Assembly: GCA_946965045.2 (NCBI GenBank)
Contig: OX337237.1
Location: 1,860,001 to 1,924,000, forward strand
Length of the DNA: 64,000 bases
Reading direction: 5' to 3'
From: Epithemia pelagica
Taxonomy: Eukaryota; Protista; Bacillariophyta
This document shows, piece after piece, positions 1 to 11,280 of the stretch. Position 1 is the stretch's first letter. Each line of letters begins with the position of its first letter. The notes below the pieces were generated by a model. It saw only the letters and a list, made by a program, of their open reading frames with translations, searched no databases and was not told the DNA's origin. The translations under genes were made by a program, and so were the position numbers.

Positions 1-9
1 TACTGGGCA

Positions 10-1064
10 TTGATACTTGGGGAAGAAACTGCAAGTAAAGGTCGGCTTGGTCTATTCCACTTTATGCAACGAATCACCAAGACCATGCGACCACGACACA
101 TCGACTTTCCGAGGGCCCTGCGTGAATTGAAAATGAAATTATATGAGTACAATGATGAAGACATGAACAATGTCATTGAGGCATTGAAGGCGGGGACATT
201 GTCCAACAGCAAAAAGCAATACACAGAGAGTGAGATTAGTGACTTGCTCAATTCACCAGAGTTTGGACGGGATACGAAAAATACGTACGGAAAACAATTC
301 GGTCAAAGGGATGCATCATTGTCAAACTTGAAGAATTCAAGATAAACTTCAAGGTGACAGCGTCCCCTGACAAACCGGCCGCAAGAGGAAGACGCGACCC
401 ACGGACAAACCAGCCTCTCTTTACAAAGGACACTCATCAGGCTATAGGAAATTGCAAGGACAAAGCGCAGTATTTGTCAGATCCATTTCCTGTAGAAGAA
501 ATGTACGTGACAATCCCACCGAACAAATATGCAAGACATGGCTTACCTGAGTACTTGGGAGTGCGAGGCGAGTCAAAGCTAGAAAGTTTTCATGACAATC
601 TGGCGCATTTTGGAAATTGTGGGATGCGTGAGAGTTTGGCCGACAACCTGAATCTTTGCGGTACCACACGTTACAATCTTACCATTCGTTACAAGTTTCA
701 TTTACTCGGAATGAGCGCTGATGAGCGTACAGCCATGCCATCTGGATGGGAAGCTGTGGTTCCAGTGTGGAACCACACTAAACTGAAGTTCATCAACACG
801 ATGGCTTTTAGGTCTGGGTCAAAAGAACAGTTCGAATGGGTGGATGACTTACCAGAAGATAACGGTGAGCGCTTCTTCTCTGAATACTTGGTGCAACAAG
901 AGAAGCGTGAGAAAGAAATACCAGAGGACAAGCCAGAGGACAAAGTGCTGCGAAGTTCCAAAGTCGTGAAGGAGGACTCAGAAATAGCTCCTGGGGAGGT
1001 AGCGCCATGGTGGATGTGCCGGGCCGTTGGGAAGTCTCAGCGGCCGGAGCGGTCGTGGTGGTAG
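10..1064 (+). pseudogene. C-terminal part of a putative DDE-transposase-like protein (DUF6729-like), frameshifted at about 345
   Basis: ORFs 10-345 and 354-1064 join by a frameshift. Motifs LGLFHFMQRI, PLFTKDT..AQYLSDP and HGLPEYLGVRGESKLESFH resemble the FH..R / LSDP / RG.S.LESFH motifs I recall from DUF6729-type transposon-associated proteins. The gene probably starts before the window. Confidence 0.45.
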
Positions 1065-1200
1065 CCGCTGGGGAAGCGTCCGACGGCCTCGAAAGATTAC
1101 GTTACAAGGTGTGGGAGGCTCCAGGGTCGGTAGTAGCCGTCGCAGGCTGGAAAAACTGGATTGCAATGAAGCAGCACCAGCAGGAGGGTCCAAATGACTG

Positions 1201-1403
1201 GGGTGGAGGCAGTAACAGTGCGGGAGGAGCAACGATTGGCCACGGTGAAGGTAGCCGCAGAAGGTAGGGGGGTGGAGGCAGTAGCAGTGTGGGAGGAGCG
1301 AAGATTGGCCACGGTGAAGGTAGCCGCAGAAGGTAGGGGGTGGAGGCAGTAGCAGTGCGGGAGGAGCGACGATTGGCCACGGTGAAGGTAGCCGCAGAAG
1401 GTA
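1201..1403. repeat. Tandem repeat, 3 copies of about 68-69 bp
   Basis: Unit gggtggaggcagtagcagtgcgggaggagcgacgattggccacggtgaaggtagccgcagaaggta starts at 1201, 1270 and 1338. Confidence 0.92.
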
Positions 1404-1551
1404 CATAGAAAAAGGTACTAAAGGACTATAGAGCTATAGAGTAGGCTGCAAAGATGCGCAGTCGTTGAGAAGCCCGATCACATGATCAACACCGCAATAA
1501 AATAAACGCTCACTCCGTGACTTTTTGCAAATTGTTACACTCGAAAGCTGA

Positions 1552-2643
1552 TCACTGGAAAGGCCTCACAAAGAACTCTTGCGACCCGAGTCCACAAGCT
1601 CCCGTTTCAATGTATTTCTTCTTCTTGACATGCTTCAAATTCTTGCGGATGAACTGCGAAATGTCTAGCATCTGGTGATTAGTTGTTTGTTGATTGCCAT
1701 TGCGAAGGTATTGCAGATAGTGCTGTAGTATATCTACATCCGCTCCGCGGAGTGGGGAGGCACGAGAAGGGGCTATTGACTCCGAGAAGGGCAATAGCTC
1801 CGAGAAGTGGACCGCCTTCTAAATCCGCGTCAGCGGATTTGGCGGTCCACGACGAGGAGCTATTGCCCGCCGAGGAGTCAAAAGCCCCGACAAGTGCCCC
1901 CACGACCAGGAGGGGATGTCGCTTGCTTCTATAACCTCCGAGTCCCCCCCCCCCCCCAATTAACTGTCACACTTTTTTCCCAGGACTGTTTTTTTTGCTC
2001 TGCACTAGCTTTTTTGCACCGCACTTGCTCGCGTATGAGAGCGCGGTCGTCGTGGGCAATATAAGGCTATATTAGACGAAAATCCTACTTCCATTCCGAG
2101 GAGCTATAGTAGCAGAACACTGGCATGCAGACAACAGATTCCAGATTTCTGTTTACGAAAAACAAGATAGTTGTTGATTGCTTCTTCTTCAAAGAAAAGC
2201 CACGAGAACTCAATCAATGGAATGTTTACAGCTCCTTTGTCCTCCTCACTTTTCATATCTCTAATTTTTTTGACGAAGCCGTCAAATTTGTTTTGAAATG
2301 TGGTGGTGTAACGACCAGTGTTGTGATTGCGCGATGGCCTCCAACTGAAGTCCTCGGACATGAGGCGTTTGGCACGAAGCCGTTGTGCATCATTTAGGTC
2401 CTCCCAACTCAAACCAAGCCCTGTTACGAATTGTTCTGCCAGTCTTGTGCACTCTTCAAAGGACATGGTTGGTTGATTTGAAGGTACCATAGGTGTCTCA
2501 CTTTGAGGCGTATCAGTGGAGCTTGTGGTGGAAGAGAGGGTGAGCTGGGGCGTGGGGCGAATGTGCACAGTGGCCGGAGATTCAAATGCCGTAATCATAG
2601 AGGCGGGTTTGTGGTCTTCTTGTGTTGACATGCTGTCCAACAC
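1552..2643 (-). pseudogene. Interrupted hypothetical gene with a papain-like QxxGxC motif
   Basis: ORF 2104-2643 ends FRKQKSGICCLHASVLLL. ORF 1552-1794 continues ILQHYLQYL..MLDISQFIRK, which reads as the continuation after a gap of about 350 bp. The protease assignment is tentative. Confidence 0.35.
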
Positions 2644-2739
2644 TGAAATAAAATGAATGAATGAATGAATGAATGTGATGGCTCTTCAGCTTGTTCAGGC
2701 GTGGCTGATCTGCAATGACACAATTGTCTTGTCAGATCC

Positions 2740-3500
2740 ATAGAATGCTTTGCCCTTTTCACCACACACCTGGTAGTTCATAACCTGGGACCTGGGACAT
2801 CTTGAGGTTTATGATCAGTCCATTGATGTTCCCATTTTTCTTGTCCGGGGGCTGTACAGCAGCTTCATCATAGTAGCCTGATATCCAAACGTATAGACCA
2901 CAGAATTTTGGGCTTGATGCAACTTCAAGTGCTTGATGGCTCTTGAAAGAATTTTCTGATTCTTTGCCAAGTGTTTGAATCTCTTCCATCCAGGTTCCTT
3001 CAGCAGATCATTCCTTTTTGCATATACTGCACATGTCACTGGATCATCAGATGCAATGAGGTTGAGTGGTTCATCTGTGATCTCCCCAGTCTCCTATAGG
3101 ACATGAACACTGTAGGTAAAACCTTGATACATAGGATCTCCAGGTTTGAAGGGGCCTTGATGTCCAATGATATGTTGTAAGTGGAGTAGACCATCATAAG
3201 CTGGTTGTAGGAGATGTTGGAAGTGGAGTAGACCATCATAAGCTGGTTGTAGGAGACATATGTTCTACTTGACCTTGTCCAATATCAAGTTGGAAGTTGA
3301 TTTTCTCTGGAATCTGTAACCCTTGCTTGCAGTTCAGATGGATTATCCTCATGATGAGATGAATGTCTTTGGCTTGGAATGAGGAGATGACTCCCCACCA
3401 TCTGATGACAAAGAAGCAGTCTGTGCAAAGATCTTGTTGAGAGTATCTTCATCGCACCCATCAAAGAAAGATGAAGATTCAAAACATCGCAAGGCTCCTT
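2740..3500 (-). mobile_element. Degenerate Ty1/copia (CoDi-type) pol relic, integrase C-terminus to RT linker
   Basis: Broken frames give MVGSHLLIP..ELQARV, SYNQLM, (W)ETGEITDEPLNLIASDDPVTCAVYAKRNDLLKEPGWKRFKHLAKNQK, and YTFGYQ..YDEA..KKNGN. This is the same region as AEYA..PAFAWW..YGIELP..EEALAID in Element 3. Confidence 0.75.
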
Positions 3501-3669
3501 CTTGAAGTCATGCTTGTGTGTTCAGGTAGGCAATGACAGGTTCATGATAACGGCCGAGGTGATCCAGATGATGACCAGGAATCATGCTGTGGAGGATCAG
3601 GGGCCGATGAAGGAAAACCATGTGAGTCACAATTTGGATCTCCATAATCCAATACAGAAGGGGCCAACA

Positions 3670-3714
3670 CTTCCCAGTCCTCATGTGTTGGCCCACCACA
3701 TGAGGACTGGGAAG
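3670..3714. repeat. Perfect 18-bp inverted repeat (hairpin) with a 9-nt loop
   Basis: cttcccagtcctcatgtg (3670-3687) pairs with cacatgaggactgggaag (3697-3714). Confidence 0.85.
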
Positions 3715-5123
3715 GACCAGTTCAGGCTCAGGGTTGTGAAGTAACGATATACATGATAGTGAATGGACTTAGCTACTTTCAAGTACTATTAAATTTTATT
3801 GATGACTTTACTTACTGATTAGCAAGTCATTGTGACAGTTACAGTGAATTTACTTACTGACTTTAATGTCTACTATCCATAGTTCTAGACTTCAACTAGA
3901 ATTAAATCATCAAGTCAACCATAATGGAATTTGACTTTGACTTTAATGCCAAATTCCCTATAATTCCCTGTTAATTCTTTGACTTACATTGTTCAAGTCA
4001 TACCAACTTAAGTCACTCAGTGCCATTCCCTATCAGTGCCATTCCCTATTAATTCTTTGACTTAAGTTGTTCAAGTCATACCAACTTAAGTCACTCAATG
4101 CACTGCGCCACCAACTGTGCACTGTGCACTACTGGTTAAGAAAGCAACCGCAGTGCTTCTATACTCTTCACTCTGCATCACTCTGCACTCTTCTGCACTC
4201 TGCACCCTGCACATCTGCACCTCTCTCTAAAAACACTTTGTGCAATCCAGATTCCAAATGGACCAACAATGGCTTGCGTATGCATGCCCAAAAACAACAT
4301 TCTATTTGAATTACAATGTCGACACATACTTCACCACTATACTTCACTGTCCCTATTCCCATGTCAGATTCATAGAAGATGAACTTGAAGGACATCTCTG
4401 AGACAAGAGGAATAAGCAGATGACAAAGACAAAAGGTTATTGGAGACCATTACCAATATTCTTATCAGTTGGCTTATCTGTTCAAAGAAGACAGTAACCA
4501 TCAAGCAAGTCAATACCTTCAAGTCGAGGACACATATCTGCAAAGTGAGTAGCATTCCTTCCAACGAGTCCATCGAGCAAATTGCACAAGCTTTCATCCA
4601 AGCAATGACTTGAGATGGATTGGCCTACTCAATCAACACTGAATGTCCAGACAATACCAATCCATGTCTAGAGATTTTTTGTTGGCCAACCTTCCAATGC
4701 CAAGAATGCTCCACAAACAATATTCTACATTGTGCTGATTTTGCACTGGGACAACGAGACATTTGTCAACTCCCTCTGTTTGCTTCGCCAATAATGTTTT
4801 GGATGATTCGATCAAACTGTCGGTTTGTTGTCCAAACCCCAATCCCACATTACCCGGAAGTTCCTCTTTTCATGTTTCTCCCCGACACTCTTTCCCCCTT
4901 CATTGATCTTCTGACAGAAGAAGTGTCCTCCCTAATCCATGAACACGACAACAAACCAATTTCCATTCAGGCATCTACCGCCACTCAACCAAACTCATTT
5001 CCATCTCGCATTTGCAAGATAAAAGCACCACTGAACATTTCCTTGTTCCACCCGTATTCTACACAGACACATACGTAACAAATGGCTTAATTAATTCGTT
5101 TTGATTCTCGAGACAATTGCCAT

Positions 5124-5930
5124 ATGCCTGGCGAGCCACCGATACTATTACCAATTCACAATGAAAATCTCCCACCCCTTCTACCAATGGATACTGAAAC
5201 GAAGAAGAAACAACTCAATCTTCTACCCAGTCTTCTCAGTTTCCGTGACCACCTTCAAACTACAAGAATTGGAAACGATGGATGGACGATTGCCTCGAAA
5301 ATCTATCTACTGCAATTGATTCTCAATCACAACAACCAGGCAGAGCTTTTATGTGCTTGCTCATCATCCAGTACATCAGATACTCAACTCGGCAAAATCA
5401 TGCCACGCCTATTCTCCATTGGCTTACGCCTATTCTCCATTGGCTTAACTTCTGCGACGGCCTGTCTTGATATCGCCATACAATACGACGTGAATACGTT
5501 CTGTGCTTTAATTTCCTATGTTGGTCGATACTACCATAATGCCGAAAGAATCGTGAACTGTGCTGATTATTTCAGTCAAGAACACGATGGCAAGATTTCT
5601 CTTAAAATTTGTGCCAAACAATTCCAACGATTGATTGGAATTGGCCACAAGACTGCTATGATTAGTCTCTAGTCTGTTTTTGATTGTGATGAAGGAATTC
5701 CGTGCAACATATTTCGGTGGTGTTTTCAATTGGAATGGACGCACGGTTATGAGATGGAGAGCGATGCTTTGCGGTGTTCAAAACTTCTGATATCATGGAT
5801 TCCGCAGTCTATGTGAAAGTTGATCAATCCATTATTTGGTTCGTTGGGCCAGAATCCAACAAAACTCGCCCCTTTGTCGTATCTTCAGTCCACTCGTACT
5901 CTGAAACACATGCTGACAACCATGTGAAGG
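5124..5930 (+). pseudogene. Endonuclease III-like HhH-GPD DNA glycosylase pseudogene (copy A)
   Basis: Reads SSSSTSDTQL..RLF..LISYVGRYYHNAERIVNCADYFSQEHDGKI..LIGIGHKTA (helix-hairpin-helix), then past in-frame stops SVFDCDEGIPCNIF..LISWIPQSM*KLINPLFGSLGQ. It has two in-frame stops and a 21-bp internal duplication, and I see no catalytic Asp and no C-terminal 4Fe-4S cysteines. Confidence 0.75.
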
Positions 5931-6697
5931 ACTTGATACCCATGATGGCCAACATATATCAACGAGCAGTTACATAGCAGTAAAATGGCAACATCTGGAT
6001 TTCAAATGGGATATGAATAGAGAAAGACACTCCAAGGCAGCATGAGGACTCGTGGAAAGGGACGAAAGAAGGCAACGTTCAGAGAACATGTCCCCTATGC
6101 TGTTTTTGTGCCCCTGAGGGAGGAAGGAATGGTTCTAGAATTGTGGCAGCAGTTGGGTGACGTGGGGTTGGGCGTGGTCAAATTGGTGAGCGGCCCACAA
6201 GAGTTGCCCTCCAAGTGGGCCTCGAAGGAGGAACGGGCTGAAGCCAGGGGGAAATAACGGGGACGAGTCCTCATTGGAAAGGACGGTGTTAAGAAAGAAC
6301 ACAATGTGATGGAAAAAACATCTTAAATTGAGTGCAGGAGAGGCCGTAGGGAGGGAGACGACCCTCCGGAGTTAGTGTAAAGATTTCGGATCATCGAGAT
6401 GGAGGGTTTGTCTGGCATTGATGCAGAAAGTTAGGAGAGCTTTGCACGTGGCCTCGGCGTGTAAGAACATTTGGGCAAAGTCGAATAGAAAGGGTGCTAC
6501 AGGATAGCATGAAGCTTCAAGAGCAGAGGCGAGGAGGTCGTCGGCACTCTGTGAAGTTTGTTGGGTACATAATCGATACCCCAGCTCTTACGGTCACTTG
6601 GCCGCTCCACAAAAGGCGCCCGCTCTCCCTTTACATTCAGAACATTCTGGATCTTCCCGCCACTCCTCAGGGCGGTTGGAGTCTCTCGCATTGGTAT

Positions 6698-7321
6698 TTA
6701 CTTCACGCTTTGGAGTTGGCTAGGGTTTTGAGATGATGATGGTAGACCGGCTAATGGTGTATTCATACGGCATATACATCGGTATTGGTCCTTTGATTGG
6801 CAAAAGAAGAACTTTCCGGCCCTGGATGTATTCATTGCTTCCCCATCTGAGCCAGTACCTTCCTCATCTGATCCTCCTCTTCCATATGGCATCTGATGCA
6901 GACAGGATAGTACAAAATTATTGTCAATGTAGTCCATTGTGAAAGCCTTCTTTTTCTTTTTCTTGTGCTTGCTGACATGAATGTCAGCAGGAATACCGTC
7001 AACACGGTCAAAGGCAGCTTCAAGAAAAATGCAAGCCGTTTTATATCCATTCCCAATTAAGGTTGTCAACTCAAAGATTGTTAAGTCCGGGGGAATAGTA
7101 CCGTTGTATTTCTGTTGAAAATATTTGGCAGCATTGACAATGCGCTCGGTGTTTTTGTAGAAGCGGCCAGACTCGGACAGAAGAGAGCACATCGCATCCA
7201 TGCCGTAGTTATCATCAATTTCTGAAACAGGAGCTGCTGAAGTCATTCCGCAAGCAAACAGCCGTGGTATAATCATGCTAAGTTGAACGTCAGAAGTGCT
7301 GGAGCTCATGCAAATTGTCAT
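6698..7321 (-). pseudogene. Endonuclease III-like HhH-GPD DNA glycosylase (copy B); its probable 5' part is disrupted by Element 1
   Basis: Reads MSSSTSDVQLSMIIPRLF..LLSESGRFYKNTERIVNAAKYFQQKYNGTIPP..LTTLIGNGYKTACIFLEAAFDRVDGIPADIHV, retaining the HhH Lys and the Asp of the (V/A)D-x-HV motif. Similarity is lost after HV. Confidence 0.8.
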
Positions 7322-7526
7322 GAAGCATGTAGAGACACTTTTGACTCATTGTTGTGGTGTCCGCTCTATCATGTGTAAACGGACAGGAACAAGCATGCTT
7401 CGCATGCATGACACAAATCAGCATTCTACATGCACGCATCCATCATTCGACACATATCGAGACGCATTTGACTCTCTGTGGTTGTGGTGTCACGCATGTT
7501 GTCGCCTGTATAGAAATGGATGATAG

Positions 7527-8243
7527 AGTTCAGACATAGCGAAATATCACCATGCTAGGAACTCTAGCCCACATAGTCAAGGTAGATGCCCTGGCATATC
7601 TAGTCGTCCTGTTTGAGTCATAAGATGAAGATTCGAGTGACGAAAGATACGAAGAAGATGCCACCGCGCTCTCTGGGTTCTCTTCGTCACACTTCCGAAT
7701 CCATCGATCTAAGTCTTCAACATCAGGGCACTAATAATATTATTTCCGTTCGGAAGCGACGTGTGTGCTAGGGGTTAAGTGTCGCCTGTCGACCGAACCC
7801 ACGCCCTTCGTCCACATTTAGAAGAAATCACTCTAACACATATGTAAGCTGCACGATAGACTTAGAGACAGAACATCCGATCCATAGATAAGCCAATACG
7901 GAAATTGAATCCTAGATAGTGGACTTACATGGTCGAATGTAGCTGATGAAGTGGCCTTTGGCGCCACATCATTCAGGATCATTGAAGAACGATCCTAGGG
8001 ATGAAGTTCCAAGAAATCATTCCTGGAACGATCATCAAGTAAACAATACAATCTAGAAATAAACTCACTCTTTTATAAAACAAGAAAGTTGCAAGCAACC
8101 TTCCTGTAAGAGCATCTAGATTTAGATACGAAGGTGAGGGCCCCATCGTCGTACTACATCTAGAGCTACAAGAGAGAAAAACTAACACATCGATCTGCAC
8201 CTAGTTTTATCTCCCAGTTAGACAAGAGCTGATACTCTTAAGT
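7527..8243 (+). repeat. Element 1 5' LTR (717 bp)
   Basis: Runs agttcagacatagc...tactcttaagt. By eye it differs from the 3' LTR by about 4 substitutions and a 12-bp insertion near 8115-8127. Confidence 0.95.
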
Positions 8244-8257
8244 GGTTATCTTCGCCC
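8244..8257 (+). promoter_or_regulatory. Putative primer-binding site
   Basis: ggttatcttcgccc directly follows the LTR. It loosely resembles the GGTTATG(G/A)GCCC half-tRNA-iMet PBS of Drosophila copia and yeast Ty5. Confidence 0.45.
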
Positions 8258-8565
8258 AAGAGAGATTGACTATCTACGCAACCTCTGAAGACAAGTCTAA
8301 TTGTTGTATCACGAACGACAAAGACGGACCTTCCTGCACCCGAGTGCAACCAAGCTAGCTTTGAAAAGGGGACACCAAGTTTGTCACCCGACTCGAACTC
8401 ACCACGGCCGACGAAGTATCCCCAACCTCGTCTGGACCGGGTAGTTTCGATTGGATCTCCAAGTTTGACAAAACCGAGGCCTCTCTTGACGAAACAACAG
8501 AGCCCCAGGCCGTTGACCCTGCTCCAAACCAAGCAGAGGACCAACCTTCTCCGCGACGAAGTGAA

Positions 8566-11280
8566 TTGTTGGATCGTGCGCAAGACCAGCAACGACCACC
8601 TCGTCCACGACCACCACCGTTGATTGTTGAATCTCCACCCAAGGAAGAAGCAAAGGATAACAAATCATCCAACAACAGCGGAAAAGACAACAAAACAAAA
8701 ATGGGAGACCAAGGAGAGCCAACCACAGTCGTCTTCATGCCCGACAAACCCACAATGGGCGGGCAGATCCAAAGCAAATACAATGAGTTTGTTCCCTGGA
8801 CAGGCGGAAAGCCAAAAGCAGATTGGAGCGGGTTAGATGACAGTGCTTCAACATCTCCTCTTTGAGCCGGACTCCAAGTAAGAACACTTACCGACAAGAA
8901 ACTTTCGGAGAGAATCACCGGCCCAACGGAGAAGTTTGACAAGAAAACCGGAGACTTCTCCCGTCTCCAAGACGACATCGTCAAGCACCTTGAGCAACAT
9001 GGCATGGACACCATTGCCTATCTCCCAAATCCATCTGAACCAACCGAAATGCTCCATATCGTCGTCAACCATCCCAAATTTACAAACACCAAAGTTCGTG
9101 AGACAATGGCAATCCAAATGAAGAAATACGATAAGTATGATCTCAGTAACGACGCATCGGCACGAGATTACTTACTTGATTCATTGGAGAAGACCTTCTG
9201 CCGCGACGTCGAAGATAAGAGTCGCGATGCAAAATCCTTCCCGGAACTTTTTATGATAATCGTAAGGATTATCACGGACGACTCCATCGAACACTGGGAA
9301 ATTATCAAGCGCGAAATGCGCGCGCTAGTGCCCCACAAGTATCCAGGACATGACATCACACTCATGACCAAGGAATGCGCGCAGCCGGACTCTATGATCA
9401 CAGCCTCATGGCTAGCCTCTCCAAGAATTTCTACATGGCCGGAGACACCCAAGTTTGCCATCTTGCTCTTGAACCAGCGAGTCCAAGATGCCGTCGACAG
9501 TATCCGTTTCCTAGATCAGTCGGCAGCGGACTCCTATATGGCTACACATAAGCTCCTGTACACCCATGTCATCGAAGAGCTAAACTCAAAATATTTGATT
9601 AGCCTAAAGCAAGGAGAGTGGCCCGCCAAATCCTCCCATCACGACTCCAAAGCCGTTCCCACCTCTTTTGGAGCCCACAAGCATCCGTCACTATGACACC
9701 CAACAACAAATCCAACAACAAGGACAGCTGGACCACCGCATCCATCAATGCTCTCATCCAGACTCTCCAATCCGCCTCGGGAACCCATGGCTCCAAGTCG
9801 ACTCCCATCAGCGGACCACGCGGGAATACGAAGAACAACCGTCGCGAAAAGGGGAAGAACAACACCAACCCAAAGAAAAACAACAAAAACAATAAAAACA
9901 AGTTCGCATCCACTCGTTCTTCCACCAAACCCCAAGATTGGCGTTCCATTCCACCCAAAGCTGGGGAACCTGAAACCAAAATTGTCCCAAAATTGTCGAT
10001 GGCATCAAACACTACTGGTGTGCCAAGTGCACCCGTTGGAATCTCACTCACACCACGAGTGAGCATATTGTTGGGTATAAAAAGGGAAACAAGTCCCATA
10101 CTCCCACAGCCCATCACCTCGAAGTCGACGCCGGAGCATGGACTGTTGAATTGTTGCATGAGGATGAGGAAGAGGACGACGACAGCGCCTTTGACGAATC
10201 TCTTGACCCACAGAAGAGTCCGTACCACGTCGTCACCTGGCCCAAATCTGTCGAACACTCAACGCAGATCTGCCTCCAGGAACGACCCATGTGTCTCCCC
10301 GGGTTCACATACACATACGATGTCGAAAAGGGAAAATGGGAAGTTACAAAAGGGCTGTATGAGTACAAGAACAATGAATGGCAACCCAAGGTCACTCACT
10401 TACCGGTCATCCACGAATTTAAAACCCGTGAAACCTTCGCCTTCAGCGTCATCCACACCCTGGAAGAAGAAGACGAAGATGATATCGATACGGAAAGTGA
10501 GAACGAAGCATGGCCAACAGATGACTCCAGCGCACTCTTTGGTACTTACAACAGCAACGATGACACCATCACCGATGACGAAATGAATGCATCCGACGAT
10601 GACACCGCGTCATCAATGCCTCCTCTCGTCCTGCGAGCACCCGTCGGAACTCAATCCGAAACAATGAAGGCACTCCTCGCAGACAAAATCAAACTCTTCG
10701 ACCCCATGACGAACAACCATCTCGTCGACCAATACAACGAATATGTGGCCGCGACCGTCATCACAAACAATGCACAAAGAGCAAACAAAATTTCGGATTT
10801 GAGGATGTACAGCAATGAGGGAGAGACCGTGAGAAACGACGACGAAGTCGAACAACACAACAAAGAAGAGGAAGACTCAAAACCAGCTGCAAAAGAAGAC
10901 ACACCGAAACAAATGGTGCGCTTCAACGCCACCCTCAACGTCAACGAGTCACCACCTCCTATCCCTGAGGGACGGCCCGTTGACCAGAGACTCTTCCGCT
11001 TGCCAGCCATCTCTCCAATGGATATCTCCGTCTCACCGCCCAAACCACCTGGACCATTCTGGCGGACCGACCCACAGCCAACTCCCATTCCGCGAGAACT
11101 CTTGCAAGATCTCGCTCAACTCAAACGAGACCGAACAAGAGGAAAGGCCAAAAATGCAAGACGAGACGGAATGAGACTTCAACGAGCACAACACATGATG
11201 CACGCACGTCACTGGAAAGAACCTGCACTAACCTTAGAGCAAGCATACGAGCGAGTCCTCGACGAGGAATGGCGTCTTGG
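8566..11280 (+). pseudogene. gag: Element 1 gag region with CX2CX6HX4H zinc knuckle and acidic linker
   Basis: Reads VPWTGGKP..HGMDTIAYL..WPETPKF..WCAKCTRWNLTHTTSEH and is collinear with Element 2 gag. Lesions: TGA at 8863, frameshift near 9680, 11-bp duplication ccaaaattgtc near 9977-9998, frameshift near 11280. Confidence 0.85.

Noticed and set aside
4370-5078. Cys-rich ORFs upstream of glycosylase copy A as a separate metal-binding protein
   Set aside because: There is no consistent motif. It may be a decayed 5' part of the same gene, but I cannot support a call.
9599-10258. Antisense ORFs over gag/pol (also 8355-9014, 28657-29283, 31354-32004, 48969-49565, 50711-51205)
   Set aside because: They are shadows of the sense coding frames with no recognisable motifs or independent signals.
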